Positions 35,582 to 49,900 are shown, numbered from the stretch's first letter. The stretch is 64,000 bases of DNA from Nymphaea colorata (GCF_008831285.2 NC_045138.2:9982001-10046000); one strand, 5' to 3'. Notes: generated by a model not told the origin, from the letters alone. Numbers and translations: made by a program.

Positions 35582-37926
35582 CTAGTGGGAGACGGTGGCA
35601 ACAGGCTCTGCTTGTTTGTCTTTGGAAATAGCTTCCCAATCAATCTCTCTTAAAATTTTGAACCTCTCGTCCAACGTCTTAAAACCAACTTCAGTTGTGA
35701 TCACTCCACAAGTGCCTGCTTTGTGCAGCACCAAAATGCTTGAGCCCATATCAGGGCCATGGAGCTTCCCAGTCAGCAAAACTCGAATGGGCATGAAAAG
35801 TGCTTTACCCTGCAACCCGAGACAAGCGTTTGCGATTTAGTACACTCCCATTATGGGAGGTGTAATATAAGATAGGATAATGGCACTGGAAAGTCCCATC
35901 GGCCCGTGTAACACAAAAGACCGTTGCAGTTTAAGAAGACTGACGGTATATAAAGTTATGCTTTGAAAGAATATGAAGACCTATTGAGTAAAGTTCCAGA
36001 ATAAATAAAAGCATTCATGATTTTCAATGGATCATGGTCCTAAAAAATTTAGGGGGCATTGAAAGCCTATCTAGCATTGTCGCAAATTTTGTTCTTGGGA
36101 AAATATCGGCAAGATTCTTTTTTGGGTATTTTTTGTCGAAGTTTTTTTTTTGAAAAAATTTCAGAAGAAGTCTGGATCCATTTTTTAAAAAATAAATAAA
36201 TAAATAAAATAAATGAGAAACTAATAAAAAAGTGAAAAAAAATCATCAAAAAATTGTAGAAAATTGCAAGATATTCATTTTTGCTAAGATTTTCAAAATC
36301 TCGCAAGATTTTCCTGATATTCTCGTTTTACTTGTTTTTCTTGTAAATATTGTGAGATTTTTGAAAATCTTGCGATATCTGTGACAATGCTATATCTAAT
36401 TAGTTGAAAACCGCAAAATAGAAAATAAGACAGAGAAAATAAAAGCATAACAATGCAGGAGTGCAATAATAATGTAAAACAGGCTGATTTAGCAAATGAC
36501 CAAGAATGTGGCTAATTAATGCAGCAAAAATTCTCATGCTTCATTAGAGAACAATGTCATATTAATGTCATGCCACGACATAGTTCCGGCAACAGGCAAC
36601 AGTGAACTATGTTATAGTACAGACCTCCGCTCAAAATTATACCAAGAATGTGATGTTTTAAGGAAGGGGTTACCTTGCGCTTCAGTGATTTCCCAAGGTT
36701 CTTCACCCATTTCTGCCAGCCACCAGGGCCCTCTTGAAGAGCACCATAAAACTCTCCACTGTCATATGCTGAGATTAAGCTGCCAGCAACTTCAGAAATT
36801 TTGTCCTCCACAATAGCCTGACCTTCAGAGCTACATATGGTATGTGAAAAATAAGAAACCAAACTGTTGTGAAAAAAATGAACCTATAATGAAAAATTTC
36901 ATGCAGGAAATAGTCATGAAGACACAAGGGACTACACCTTGCCAAAGTAGAATGCAATGGATAAGCAAGCAAGTCAGACAGCACCTTGTCTGCATCTGTT
37001 ACCAAGTCAATTCCATCCTTCAATAAAGTTGCTGCTTCCTGTAATTTTGCAATGAATTACTATCTGTAATTGTTACATTTGTTTAGACACGAGGATTAAG
37101 AAAATATATGGATTATATGGATCTTACTTCTACAAACTCTCCTTCAGATTCTGAGAACAATCCAGCAGTCCTCCAACGTTCCCCTAAGATCTTAACCAAG
37201 TCATTGGATGGAAGGGCTCTCAAGTGTTGACCATTCATCCATCTTCATAAAAGGGGATTTGCAAGAGCACAGCAGTTGAAAAGCACAGATACAAGTTATA
37301 AAACGGTCCTACAAACTTACAAACCGAAGAAAACTATTGTTTGTCAACTCAACAATACTAAAAATGAATCTTTCACGCGGCCAAAATATGCAGGGGAGAT
37401 TACATAAACTAGACTAAGCATGCAGTCAGAAAGATAACAGTAAGAATTGGTCCTCCAAGACTACACATATACTGAGACTAGCTGTTTACAATTCAACTTA
37501 ACTAAGTCTGGGAAATGAAAAATTGTCAGGTAAATTGACCAATTCCATGTATCAGAACTCAGAGACCAAAGGCTTGCAGATGGACCTAAATATGCATGAT
37601 ATGCCTGGACAATGAACCAATTATATAGCAAGTTTTACAAATGAAAGGAAATGAAAAAAATGTGCATACGAAGGTTTGAGTTTCTGTCAAATTTCAAAAA
37701 TGAATTGAACTACAGCAAACACATCTATAGAGGAGACAGGAAGTAAGGTTGCATTTTAAAATTTACCCATGCTCCATTCATGTGTACATAGAAATTCCTG
37801 CACAATGCAAGCAGAAAATCAAATAATTCAACAGAAATCTTGACGCAGAAGGCAGATTCTACCTTAGCTTTGTAGAATCAAATACAGCTCCACTTTTGTT
37901 GACACGGCTAATAGAAAACTTACTGA
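35582..37926 (-). CDS. Glutamate--tRNA ligase, organellar (bacterial-type, Arabidopsis OVA3-like); last five exons, 5' part outside the window
   Basis: Exons 37926-37863, 37242-37128, 37038-36938, 36830-36674 and 35809-35582 splice GT-AG in phase to SKFSISRVNKSGAVFDSTKLRWMNGQHLRALP...LKDGIDLVTD...WQKWVKNLGKSLKRKGKALFMPIRVLLTGKLHGPDMG..., the GluRS catalytic end and anticodon-binding domain. Confidence 0.9.
36074..36390. mobile_element. MITE in the last GluRS intron
   Basis: TIRs GCATTGTCGCA / TGTGACAATGC; flanks CCTATCTA / TATATCTA (6/8, possible hAT TSD); repeated GCAAGAT motifs. Confidence 0.65.
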
Positions 37927-38516
37927 CTGCAAAAACATAAAACACACATTTGTATACACTGGAGAAAGATAGCACAAACATAACGATAATGAACTCAAGT
38001 ATTTATTATTTGAAAGTTACTTTCAGAATAGAGCACAGGTCATTTTTTTGTCTCATATGAAGCAATCAATAGTGAATGCCAATCAAAAGAGAGCATCCAT
38101 ATCATTTCTATAATGTATCAACCAGAAAGTTTTTCACATGAACCACATCAACTCCTTTTTAATTGCTTGACACGAAAAAAAGGCTGACAAACTGTAACAA
38201 TTGCTGGGTATCCCATGGCATATAAACAACCAACCATTAAACTATATCTAATGTATGTATGTATGTATGTATGTATGTATTTTCTAACCAAAGGCTATTT
38301 TATTGCAACCAGACTGCATATGCATTCAGTGTTTATCTATTTGAAAGAAATGGTGCCTTGGACCATATTGGACATGAACATAAATTTTTAAGTCTTAAAA
38401 ATTGGCATGCTGCCATTGATTGTTCAAGATTTTAAGATATCCATATTTATGTCACTTACATGATCTAAAAGTTGTTGTCTAGAAAAAAAAAGTACAGGTA
38501 TAATGTCTATAGGTTT

Positions 38517-41500
38517 TGTAGAAAGTAGGAAAAACTGGAAGAGATGATCTTAACGTGGAAAACCCTCGACTCGAGGGATAAAAAACTACGATAGGGAATA
38601 CCTGGCGCTCACTCGCAGCCAGACACTCTCTCACTAGAATTTTATTCACACTTTAACAATTAGGGTAACAAAGACATAAGTAGAGCCTTAACAGGCCTAA
38701 ACAGGAGTAAGACTGGACCGGGTCCAGATCCTGACCCGTACGTTAAAACACGTCAACACTCCTCTTCAAGTTGGGCATACAGATCAAACATGCCCAACTT
38801 GGATACATTTCTCTCAAATGAAGTTGAAGACATCAGCTATTTGGTCTTCAGATCTCATGTAAGGAAGTACAAGTTCTATAGCATCAATTCTCTGTCCAAT
38901 GAAATGTCGGTCAATCTCAACATGCTTTGTTTTGTCATGTAGCATAGGGTTGTTGGCCAAGTTGATTGCTGACTTGTTATCGCAATACATCTTCATTGGT
39001 TCTTCAACTATTATACCAATATCAGTCAACAATACTTTCAACCACAAAAACTCAGAAACTCCCATAGCAACTGCTTTGTATTTTGCTTCAGCACTGGAAC
39101 GAGAACGAACGTCTTGCCTCTTACTCCTCCACACTATGAGATTCCCTCCCAAATAGATACAATAGTCAGAGGTGGATCTCTTAGTGTCAATACAGCCTGC
39201 CCAGTCTGCATCTGAATAACCTTCAATCCCAAGAGTGTCTTGCTTAACATACAGGAGACCTTTGCCAGGATTCTTCTTCAAGTAGCACAAGATCCTGTCG
39301 ACAGCCCTCAAGTGAGCATCTGTGGGAGCATGCATGAACTGACTCATCACATTCACAACGAAGGTAATATCAGGTCTAGTGAGAGTATGATAAATCAACT
39401 TCCCCACAAGACGTTGATATCTTCCCTTAGCCTCTTCATAGAGAGGCTCCCCATCTCTAAGACTCAGCTTATGGCCAACGTCTAGAGGAGTAGAAGCCGG
39501 TCTACACCCCAGTTTCTCGGTCTCCTTTAACAAATCTAGAGTGTACTTCCGTTGATTTAGCACAAGGCTAGTACCAGACCTAGCAATTTCAATGCCAAGG
39601 AAATATTTCAACTTACCAAGGTCCTTGAGATCAAACTCGATCGCCAACAGTTTCTTTAACTTAATTATTTCATCTTCATCATCACCTGTGGCAATCATAT
39701 CATCAACATATACCAACAGAAGAGTAACCTTTTGCTCATTCCTCTTCACAAAGAGTGTATGATCTCCATTTCCTTGATAATAATATCCATATTGTCTCAT
39801 TACAAGTCTAAGTCGTTCAAACCAAGCTCGAGGAGATTGCTTGAGCCTATATAGAGCTTTCCTTAGCTTGCAACATTTTCCAGGTTCCTCATATCCTGGA
39901 GGCATACACATATATACTTCCTCTTCAAGGTCTCCATTGAGAAATGCGTTCTTGACATCAAGTTGGTACATCTTCCACTCCTTTATCACAGCTAAGGAGA
40001 TAATGACTCTGACAGTCTTCATCTTCGTAACGGGAGCAAAAGTCTCCAAGTAGTCAAGCCCATATTTCTGACTGAACCCTTTGGCAACAAGTCGAGCTTT
40101 ATATCTGTCTACATTCCCATCTGGCTTATACTTAATGGTGTAGACCCACTTAGATCCTACCAGATGAGCCGCTTCAGGAATCTTTACCGCCTCCCATGTC
40201 TTATTTCTGTTCAAGGCTTTCATCTCTTCTTGCATTGCATAAGTCCACTTGGGATCACTCTGAGCCTCAACAACAGTCTTGGGAATCACAGCCAAAGAAA
40301 GAGATGATACAAAGCAATTGTATTCTTTGCTCAGTCTAGAATATGATATGAAGGTACCAATAGGGTGTTGAGTACATGACCTGACACCTTTTCTGAGGGC
40401 AATGGGTAGCTCTTCATTAGCAACTTTTGTCTGGAACTCATTTTCAGCTGACTCCTTCAGGGCATGACTTGGATCATCCTGGGAAGATGTAACATTGGGA
40501 TTGGGAGTAGAGTTTTGTCCGCCCATAGGTAGTCTTTGGCGAGAGTAAACCTGCCCAAACAAATGCTTACGTTCCTCCACAATCCTATCACCACAGTCTT
40601 CATCCTTCTCATTACGTTCCTCCACAATCCTATCACCACAGTCTTCATCCTTCTCATGTTTTGGAACATCTATGACTTGACTTTCTTCACGTTTGTAATC
40701 TAGAAAATCTGTGAATTTTATTTCTTGACTTGAAGAATATTCTTCCCTTAGCATATACTTCTCCCCCTGAAGAGGATTCTCACAAAAATAAGAGACATGT
40801 TCAAGAAAAGTAACATCCTTGGTGACATATACACGACCATTAGAGGGATCAAGGCACTTACACCCCTTTTGAGTGGGAGAATAGCCTATAAAAACACCTT
40901 TACTCGACCGAGGATCGAGTTTTTTAACAGTAGAATTATAATTATGAATAAAGCAGACACAACCAAAAACCCGAAGAGGAAGGGAAAAGGGTTGACGGCT
41001 CCCTGGTAATATAGAAAAAGGGGTACACCCATTAAGCACACGACTAGGCACACGATTGATTAAATATGCACTCGTGAGAACAGCATCACCCCAATACTGT
41101 TTTGGAAGATTCTTTTGAAACAAGAGAGCCCTGGTGACATTAAGTAACTGACGGTTCTTTCTCTCAGCCACCCCATTTTGGGAGGGGTATAACTACACGA
41201 TGTCTCATGAACAATTCCTTCCTTTCGAAAGAAATTATCAACAGACTGACACATATACTCACGGGCATTGTCAGACCGGAAGATCTTAACAGAACTTTCA
41301 AATTGGATCTCCACAAGAGTAATGAAAGTCTCTATGACATTGGGCACTTCACTACGATCTTTCAGTAAGTATACAAATGTATTGCGAGAACAATCATCTA
41401 TAAAGGTTATGAAGTACTGAAAGCCAAGACGAGAAGGAATGCCTGAGGGCCCCCACACATCAGAATGAATTAAGGCAAAAACTTCATTAGAATGAGTGGA

Positions 41501-44500
41501 AGATATAGAGTATGAAGCCCTTACATGTTTGGCAAACTAGCAAACATCACAAGATATCATATTAATGTCTAAATTAGAACACAAATTTGGAAACAACTGT
41601 CTCAAAATTCCAAACAGAAGATACCCAAGGCGTTCATGCCAAAACAAAAACAGCTGAAGTAAATCTTCTCTATTCTTCATAGTTTTTCTAACCGCCGTCA
41701 TTAGAGTTGTGACAACACGCACAAGTAAACGATATAGTCCTTCAGAAGCCAAACCAATTCCAATCTTCTTCCATGTCACCAAGTCCTGCAAAACACAACG
41801 ATCAGCAGAAAAAATAAATTCGCAATTTAATTCTTTCGTAATCTTGCTGACAGACAAGAGATTCAAGGGAAGATGCGGAACATGTAGAGCATTGTGAACA
41901 AGGAATCTGTTCAAAAGTGAGAGACTCCCTTTCCCAACCACAGAAATAGAAGAACCATCGGCCAGAGAGACACGTTCCTTTCCTGAGGAAAGCTTATATT
42001 CATGAAAAAACTTAGGATTGCCAGTCGTGTGGTGGGTAGCACCGCTGTCAACAATCCATTCTCCCGTCCAAGAATTACCTTTTTCCTTTGAAATAGCAAG
42101 GGCACGGTTGATGTTCACATCATCTGATTCCTCAGGCTGACTGATATCACTCTGACTTAAGTATGCACGAAGCTCACGAATTTGTTCAGCTGAGATAGGA
42201 GTTTTCGCACCATTAGGGTTATTAGCATCAGAGACAGGCTTCTTCCCACTAGAAGACCTTCCTATACTATTCTTCTTGTAACGCTCGATGTCTTTAAGGC
42301 GGGCCGGGTCCAGATCCGGACCCGAACCCAAGTGCGTGAGGAGCCCGACGCGAGGGCCATTCTCCCTCGCGTCTCCCTCTTCTTCCTCATCGCTTTTCTT
42401 TCCTCTGTTTCGACCGTGTAAGACCAGGAGGAGGACGAGGGTGCAGTGGCGACGCTTGGGCCGACGGAGGAAGGAACGGCGACGGCGTTCGGGTAAGCCC
42501 TCAACCTCTCCCTAACTCTTCCTTCTTCTCCTCCTCCCTCTCCCACTGTTTTGTCGTCTCCCCTCTCTGTCGCACGGCCTCCTCTTGCACAGCCTCTCCC
42601 CTTCCGTTTTTTTTTTTTTGTTGTTTCTCTCCCTCTCCTCCTCTGCTCGAGCTCTCACTCCCACACTCTCTCGTCCTCTCTGCTGCACCCTCTCCCTTTT
42701 TCCCCGCCTGTTTTCTTGCAGTTTTTGACTGTTTTGGGGCTGTTGGTTTGGATTTCAGTGGGGAACACATCATTTTCCCCTCATGCTAGTGAAGTGAAAG
42801 CATTGGTGGTGGAGGCAGCGATCAATCGCTGACATTGGAGCTCAATCGAACTCTTGAAGGGACTGCCGGGAGCACTACGACAGTTTGAATTCTAAGATTT
42901 GAATGAGAAAGGCCTAATCGAGCTTAGATTGTTGTAAATTTTCGGTTGGAGTACGTATTATTATTGTTTGAGCATGCTAGAATTAGAATTTGATATTTAG
43001 GGATGCATGTTAGCGACTTTGCTTTTTGGGGAAAGTTTAGAATTATGTTGGAGAAGCGATGATTCATGTATATATTGATCTTTTAAGCTTGAGGTGTTGA
43101 TTTTCAAAGCAATAGGGAAGCATGGTAGAGATTGTGATGTTGTGGGGAAGATTTAGAACCGTCTTAGTGAGCACGTGACACATGCTTTTGTGAACGGGTG
43201 TATTTTGGAGTCCGAGGAAAAGCATACGTAAGTTGGATATGACTTTGGGGTTGACGCCTCGACTAAAGAAAGCAAATGAGAATCGGGTTGTGATGGATTG
43301 ATCAAAACAGTGAATTTTGACGTTTGGTGGCAACGTCAAGAGGTTAGGAGGAGACCTATTGGAGGGCTTGTAGGTCGACACTACCCGTCGACACCTTCTT
43401 GATGCGATGACATGTGCCTCAATAATTTTGTTTTATGTTTGTTTGAATCGTAAAGGTAACTAGTAGAAATCTTATCTTGTGGTTATGTCTGCAAGTACAC
43501 CGGGCACGTCCCGTAGACCTTGAGCGACCAATTTCGAAGCTTGAGGCATTTTGAAGAGTTTTGTAGGTGCACGACAGGTATGGCAACATTCCAGGCAAAT
43601 CCATGCCTGGGCAAATGTGTGAATGTGTGTTCCTAGGATCGTGGGATCCTAAGATTTTGATGTGATTGATGGATTGTTTTGTGAACGAATGTGTGTATGC
43701 ATGCAAATGGTTTGATACATGATATGATTTGTTTTGAAATGCTATTAGAAGCATGTTTTAAAAATGTTACGCATTTGCATGTGCATGCTAGAATTGATAA
43801 CTGTTTAGGACAGATGAGGTGGGATATCGAGTCGAGTGTCTCATCGACCCCAATTGTGCATTAGAAAGCATCCTACAATGATAACTGCATAGGACAACTA
43901 CGAGCCAATCACAGATCGAGACTAATCTCTGTGGTTTGGCTAAGTTTTTCAAAGAAATGATTGTTGTGATAATTGATGTGAAGGTTGTGTTTTGTTGCAT
44001 ACACATTGCCGCGGGCAATGATGCAAATGAATGAATTGGAGGGTAATTGTACCCGTATTATATGATGGCTAGTTATGTCTGTTAAATATTATATGTAGAC
44101 CTCGTGTGGAGACAATTGGAGGTGTGGGTGCACTCGTGAAGTGAACCAACCTCATGAGCTAGTCAGTCATTTTGTGATTGTGCATTTGTAATGATAATAA
44201 TGTAAGAATAAGAGATAAGAGGCTAGTAGGTTGTGGCAATGTGTTTGGGAGACGTCCCACTTTCACCACTGGTCTCGCCTGTTCGGTGCGCAGGCGGTGC
44301 AAGGCCCCAGGGTACTGTTGTGTGTTGTGCTTAGAGCGTTGGGCTCCCGCCTTCCCAACCTGGGTGTCCTAGGGAAGGCTGAGTATCTCTCCATGAAATT
44401 CACACACCCATGGATGAGTGCTCTACCGCTGCAGCGGATGAATGGATCGATACCGTTATGAGCCACCACGGGAGTTGTCTCTCGACTATGAGCGGCTCAT

Positions 44501-46980
44501 GGTGTGCACGTGCCTGTGTTTGCACCCACAGGAACTGTCAATTCACTAAAGCTAATGAAAATGAAAGTATGTGAATGAAATATGTGTGAACGAATGTATG
44601 TGATTGATGGGCATGTGAATGATATGAATGAAATGAAATGTTTAAGCATGCCTTGCATGTGATTGAGATTGTGATATTGTAGCCCTTGAGTGGCCTTTAC
44701 ATGTCGTGGTTTATGTTAGGGGTTTTCTTGGCAAATGATGTGGCTATGCCCTGACACGACATGAAGATAGATTGTTTTATGATTGTTCTCAGATTTGAGC
44801 CCTACCTAAGAAGGTTTGGAATTTTCCTGGCTTGTTGCCATACTGCGAAGGCTAAGCCTTCTGTTGTTTCATTTTTCAGGTTTTAGTGGACCAGGGGCAG
44901 CAGGTTGAACAGATGGCTTCACTCACGTCCTACTGGGGAGGTTTTGGGTCTTTTGTAGTGTCGGCGCCTCTTATGTTGATTGTATTGATATCTTGTTTTT
45001 GTTTGACATCAATTCTATGTTTTGGGGCATTTTTGTCATACACTTAGTTGTGATTTTGTATGAATCAAAATTGTTATATGAATGAAAGTTCGCCCCATTG
45101 TTTTGAATGGCATAGCTCCCTCTTTTGAATCGTTGTGTCGTCACACTTCAATGCTTTATGTTAGGAAAAAAAAAATGTGTTTGAGGGTCAAAAAGGTTGG
45201 GGTGTGACACTTCTTTTCAGGATGTAGGTCCCAACAAAACTCTATGGTATGACCGGTTTTCTTGCAATGCATACATTTTCGAGGAGGTCGGGCAGCTCCC
45301 ATAGAGGCACGGCTAACCAGAGCACACCTTTCATTATATGAGGTATGATCCCCCTTTCTTCCAGTTATAACAAGGCGCCTTTGCTCTTCAGCTTCAACAC
45401 GGGAGTAGACATCTTCAATACTAAACGATTCTTCCGAATTAAGAATTTGACTCCTTATACTTTCAAAGTCATCGTTCAGTCCAGCTAAGAATAAGAATAT
45501 CCTATTCTCCCATTCTTTGGCTACATGATGTATCTGGTCTTGGGGGCAATTCCAAGTATCATCAGAATAGTAGTCAAGATCCTCCCATTTGGATGTTAAG
45601 GCTGCATAAAAATCTATGACAGAGAGATCCCCTTGTCGTAGAGCATAGACCTCCTTCATCAGTTGATACACACAAACCTTCTTCTTCTTCTGGCTATACA
45701 TTTGTTGTAAAATAACCCACATATCTCTCGCAATCTTCTTGCGAAGGATGAGGGGTTGAATATCGGAGGATACAAAATTGACAATCCAAGTTTTTACTTG
45801 GTTGTCCTCAAGAAACCAAGTATCCCAAGCCGCACTAGTCTCAAAAGGTGCAACTTTCCTCCCATTTACATAGGCAATACGGCCTCGACCAGCAATCCCC
45901 ATAGTGATGGCAGCGGACCATTGAAAGTAATTTTCCTTGGTGAGGCAAATGGTAGTAACTTAGACAGGAATGTTTTCTGTTCTAGAAGCCCCAAAATCAG
46001 TGTGACCAACATTAACCGTAGAGGAAGAAGATTCAGCCATAATCACGATCCAAGCCAACAGCAGCCTAAGGAAACACACTGCAACAAAAAAAAAAAACAA
46101 GCGTGGAACAGCGGCGGCAGCGAGCAGACTGCTGGGTGTTGACGGAAGTGATCAGTGATGGCAACACAGGCAAGAGCAGACGACACTGGACGAATGAGGC
46201 AGCCCAGGGCAGAGCACATCGGGCAGGCAGGTGGTGCTGGGCAGAGCACTCAGGCGACGATGACCAAAATCCCACGACGCCGGAACTTCAGGGCAAAAAA
46301 AAACAACAGAGTCGGGTCCAGTAATGGTGACAACACGAACCTGGGTAGCGGGCAACACAGACGAGAGTAGTGGGTGATGTAGGCAGCAGAGCGTCGACGT
46401 TGGGCGGTGACGCAGGGAATACAGGCGACGCTTGAGCCAACGACAGAGAGCAGCGGAGTCAGGCGGTCGACGACGGAGAAGCTCGCAAAAGCGGGCAACA
46501 GCCACGGGAGATGGAGGAGTCAAGCTGACGATGGTGGAGAAGGCGAGTGGCAGTCTCGGGCGATGTTGGAAGCACAGAGAGGCAACACAGAAGGTGCACC
46601 GTCGGGCACAGCAAACCAGCAAGCTTCGCCGGGGTCCACCAAAACTTCACGGGGACAGAAACTCTTCCACCAAACAAAGTCGAGGATTCTTCGTCAAATC
46701 TGAACAGTGATCTCAGAAACTGCTCGGCTCTGATACCATGTAGAAAGTAGGAAAAACTGAAAGAGATGATCTTAACGTGGAAAACCCTTGACTCGAGGGA
46801 TAAAAAACCACGATAGGGAATACCTGGCGCTCACTCGCAGCCAAACACTCTCTCACTAGAATTTTATTCACACTTTAACAATTAGGGTAACAAAGACATA
46901 AGTAGAGCCTTAACAGGCCTAAACATGAGTAACACTGGACCAGGTCCAAATCCAAACCCGTACATTAAAACATGTCAACA
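38517..46980 (-). mobile_element. Full-length defective Ty1/Copia element A, interrupted by a Gypsy-type solo LTR
   Basis: 242-bp LTRs 38517-38758 and 46739-46980 (about 12 mismatches); TSD GGTTT; PBS 46727-46738; PPT from 38759; gag CMHCKKTGHTIEFC, protease VDSGAT, 785-aa integrase C-terminus/RT/RNase H ORF 38814-41171. Confidence 0.96.
42277..45209 (+). mobile_element. Gypsy-type solo LTR (2933 bp)
   Basis: TGTAACGC...GGGGTGTGACA; perfect TSD CTTCT on both sides; no PBS, PPT or coding region; removing it rejoins Copia A gag (WDLHPEKKNSIGRSS). Confidence 0.92.
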
Positions 46981-49900
46981 GGTTTGATGAAAGAAATTAT
47001 CATTTGTGAAAAAGAAAGGTTTTTATCGTTGTTCAAGTAAACAGTGTTGGCTCCCTATTGGTTTGCTCACTCATGCATCATATCAGCCAACACATATTAT
47101 TATGTATTCGCCTGTATCACCTCACTTTCCAATTTTATGAATTTAATGAATAATTTAGACATTTAAAATTTGTTAAATACTTTTAGGAGTCGGTTAGAGT
47201 CTTCCTGAAATATTAGGAAGTTGAAACTGTAATTCTGGTTGCGGCCACCCTAATCTCTTTTTAATCTGAGATTAGGGTTACGTGAATAACAATTCAAATG
47301 TTTATCTCTCTCTCTCTCTGATCACAACATGGTATCAGAGCCATCTCCAGCATCGACAACCAAGAAAGTCTTCAGGCAACTCCCTTTTCCATCGACTTTT
47401 TCCTCCAACGACTCCCTTCTCCGGCGACTTCTTCCTCCGGCAACCTCCTTCCTCTTCTGATCGCCCATCTCTATTCCTTCTTATCCACCAACAAGGAGGC
47501 GGTAAGAGAATAGAGTTTGGGTGTATTGCGTGGAGAAAGACCCGATAACGCCTATGTGGAAGGCGTGATCAGATCCTTAAGTGGATCTCATGGCTGCTGT
47601 TTGGCATACAGAACAGCAGATCTTGTGGAGCAAAGTTGATTTGCTATTCGTGGATGCTGTTTAAGGCATGATCAGAGTTTCACATGGATCGTGTGGAGCA
47701 GAGTTGATATGTTGTTCGTGGATGCAGTTTGGCGTGTGGAGCAGAGTTGATCTGCTGATCGTGGAGGCTGTTTTAGCTTTGTTCTTGACGTGGATGGCGC
47801 TCTGTTGATCGTATGTGAGGCAACTGAAAGCAAAGCAGCAGCAGTTTGCAGTAATTAGCAGAAATCAGCAGCAGCCTTCTGAAATTTTGTACATGAGCCA
47901 GCTTTCATCCGCAACAGTCGACTCAAATTTTCGCAATTTGTTATCTTCTCTCCTTTATACTGTTCAGAATTGGTTAGTTCTGTGATTACAGATTCCTCCT
48001 TGTTGCCTAGTGTGTGATATTCGTATGATCTTCGAGGACAATAGAGACATTTTTCACTATAGTGATTGAATGTTGCATCCTATATATTGTTTGTCAGTTT
48101 TCTTTCTATCTATTATGGCTGAAAGCAAAGCAGCAGCAGTTTGCAGTAATTAGCAGAAATCAGCAGCAGCCTTCTGAAATTTTGTACATGAGCCAGCTTT
48201 CATCCACAACAGTCGACTCAAATTTTCGCAATTTGTTATCTTCTCTCTTTTATACTGTTCAGAATTGGTTAGTTATGTGATTACAGATTCCTCCTTGTTG
48301 CCTAGTGTGCGATATTCGTATGATCTTCGAGGACAATAGAGATATTTTTCTCTATAGTGATTGAATGTTGCATCCTATATATTGTTTGTCAGTTTTCTTT
48401 CTATCTATTATGGCTGATGGCAGTAGGTCTGAAGGTTCTAATGAATACAAGATGGCTGGTAATTCCTCCTCCTATGGGACCACAATAAAACTTGATGGTT
48501 CGAATTATGAAATCTGGTCTAGAGTGTTTATAAAGTCTGCGGCTGGTCATAGGAAGAAATATATTCTTGAAGAAAATGAACCTATTGAGAAAAAGGGAAA
48601 ATATGTTGTGTGGGATGAAGATAATAACATTGTAATGTCGTGGATTATGAACAACGTAGAGTCTCGTATAGCTCCAACAATTGCATACTACACCAAGACT
48701 AAAGATATGTGGCCTTTCTTGAAGACGACATATTCTCATGCTACCAATGTTATTAAGATTTTGCAAGTGGAAGAGGAATTATACAACATCCAACAAGGTG
48801 ATCAAGATTTGTCCCAATACTTTGCCACACTAACTGCTGAACGGTTAAAAGCTCTTTGCCACCCTGCCAACACTGCTATGCATGACATTTTAAATCCGCT
48901 ATGGTAGCAAAGTTTCTTTCTGGGTTATCTTCAGAATACTTTGTGGCAAAGGCACAAATTCTCACAGGCAGTGAACTTCTAGAATTAGCAGATACATATA
49001 ATAAGCTGAGTCGGCTTGCAGTCACTTTATCTCAGCCTACACATGGCACACCGGTCTCAGGAGGACGTGGCCACAATTCTTATATTGGAGCTAGGGGACG
49101 TGGAACAAGCCGTGGTGCACGTTGAGCAGATTTCACTGCACCCATTGTGGCAAATTAGGTCATTTAGAGGACAGATGTTGGGACAAGCATCCTCATCTCC
49201 ATTCTGCTGGTTCACTAGGGCATGGTGGAGGGAGAACCACTCTATGGTTGAGTCTCCTACTTGTTCCCCCTATACCTCCATCATATTCTCTCAACTTGAG
49301 TAAGGATGAATATGATTTTGTTCTCGCTCAGAGATCCTCCTCTACATCTACCAACATTGCTGCAATGGAGTCGGCCTTCTCTGTTGGTGCCCCTACCAAT
49401 GACCTAGGTATGATATGGATGATTGATTCAAGAGCATCCAGGCATTGTTGTAATCAGCCACAGATGTTTTTACTTTTTATCATTAATCAGGTTCACTACA
49501 CCACAGCACGCCAAACTGGCAACTGGCAAGTTGTCCCCTATTCTAGGCAGCGGTGATATCTACCTCTCACCTTTGGGCACCATTACACGTGTTATATGCT
49601 CATCGATTTCTTGTTAATCTGTTATATGTTAAGCAATTGGCTAGCGACTTACACTGTAGAGTCATTTTTTACCCTAATTCATGTTCTTTTCAGGACTTAC
49701 AAACTGGAAAGACGATTGGTGGCGGCCATGAACGTGAGAGACTCTATTTCCTTTCTGTCCTAGTAAATGTTGTTGCATCCTCATTCACATCGAACACAAC
49801 TCCTTTGCAGTGGCATCTCAGATTGGGTCATCCCTCTGTGCCCAAAATTCATCGCATGTTTCCAGATATTTCTGCATCAAAGTCTTTTTTATGTGATGCG

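Noticed and set aside
38814..41171. 785-aa pol ORF as an active or domesticated gene
   Set aside because: Upstream integrase is frameshifted, gag is split by a solo LTR and the RNase H end is damaged.
46043..46750. Cluster of ORFs in the Copia A leader as an extra or env-like gene
   Set aside because: GC-rich low-complexity leader with ORFs in all frames and no domain signature.
47330..47342. tRNA-like sequence TGGTATCAGAGCC
   Set aside because: It is the primer-binding site complementary to tRNA-iMet, not a tRNA gene.
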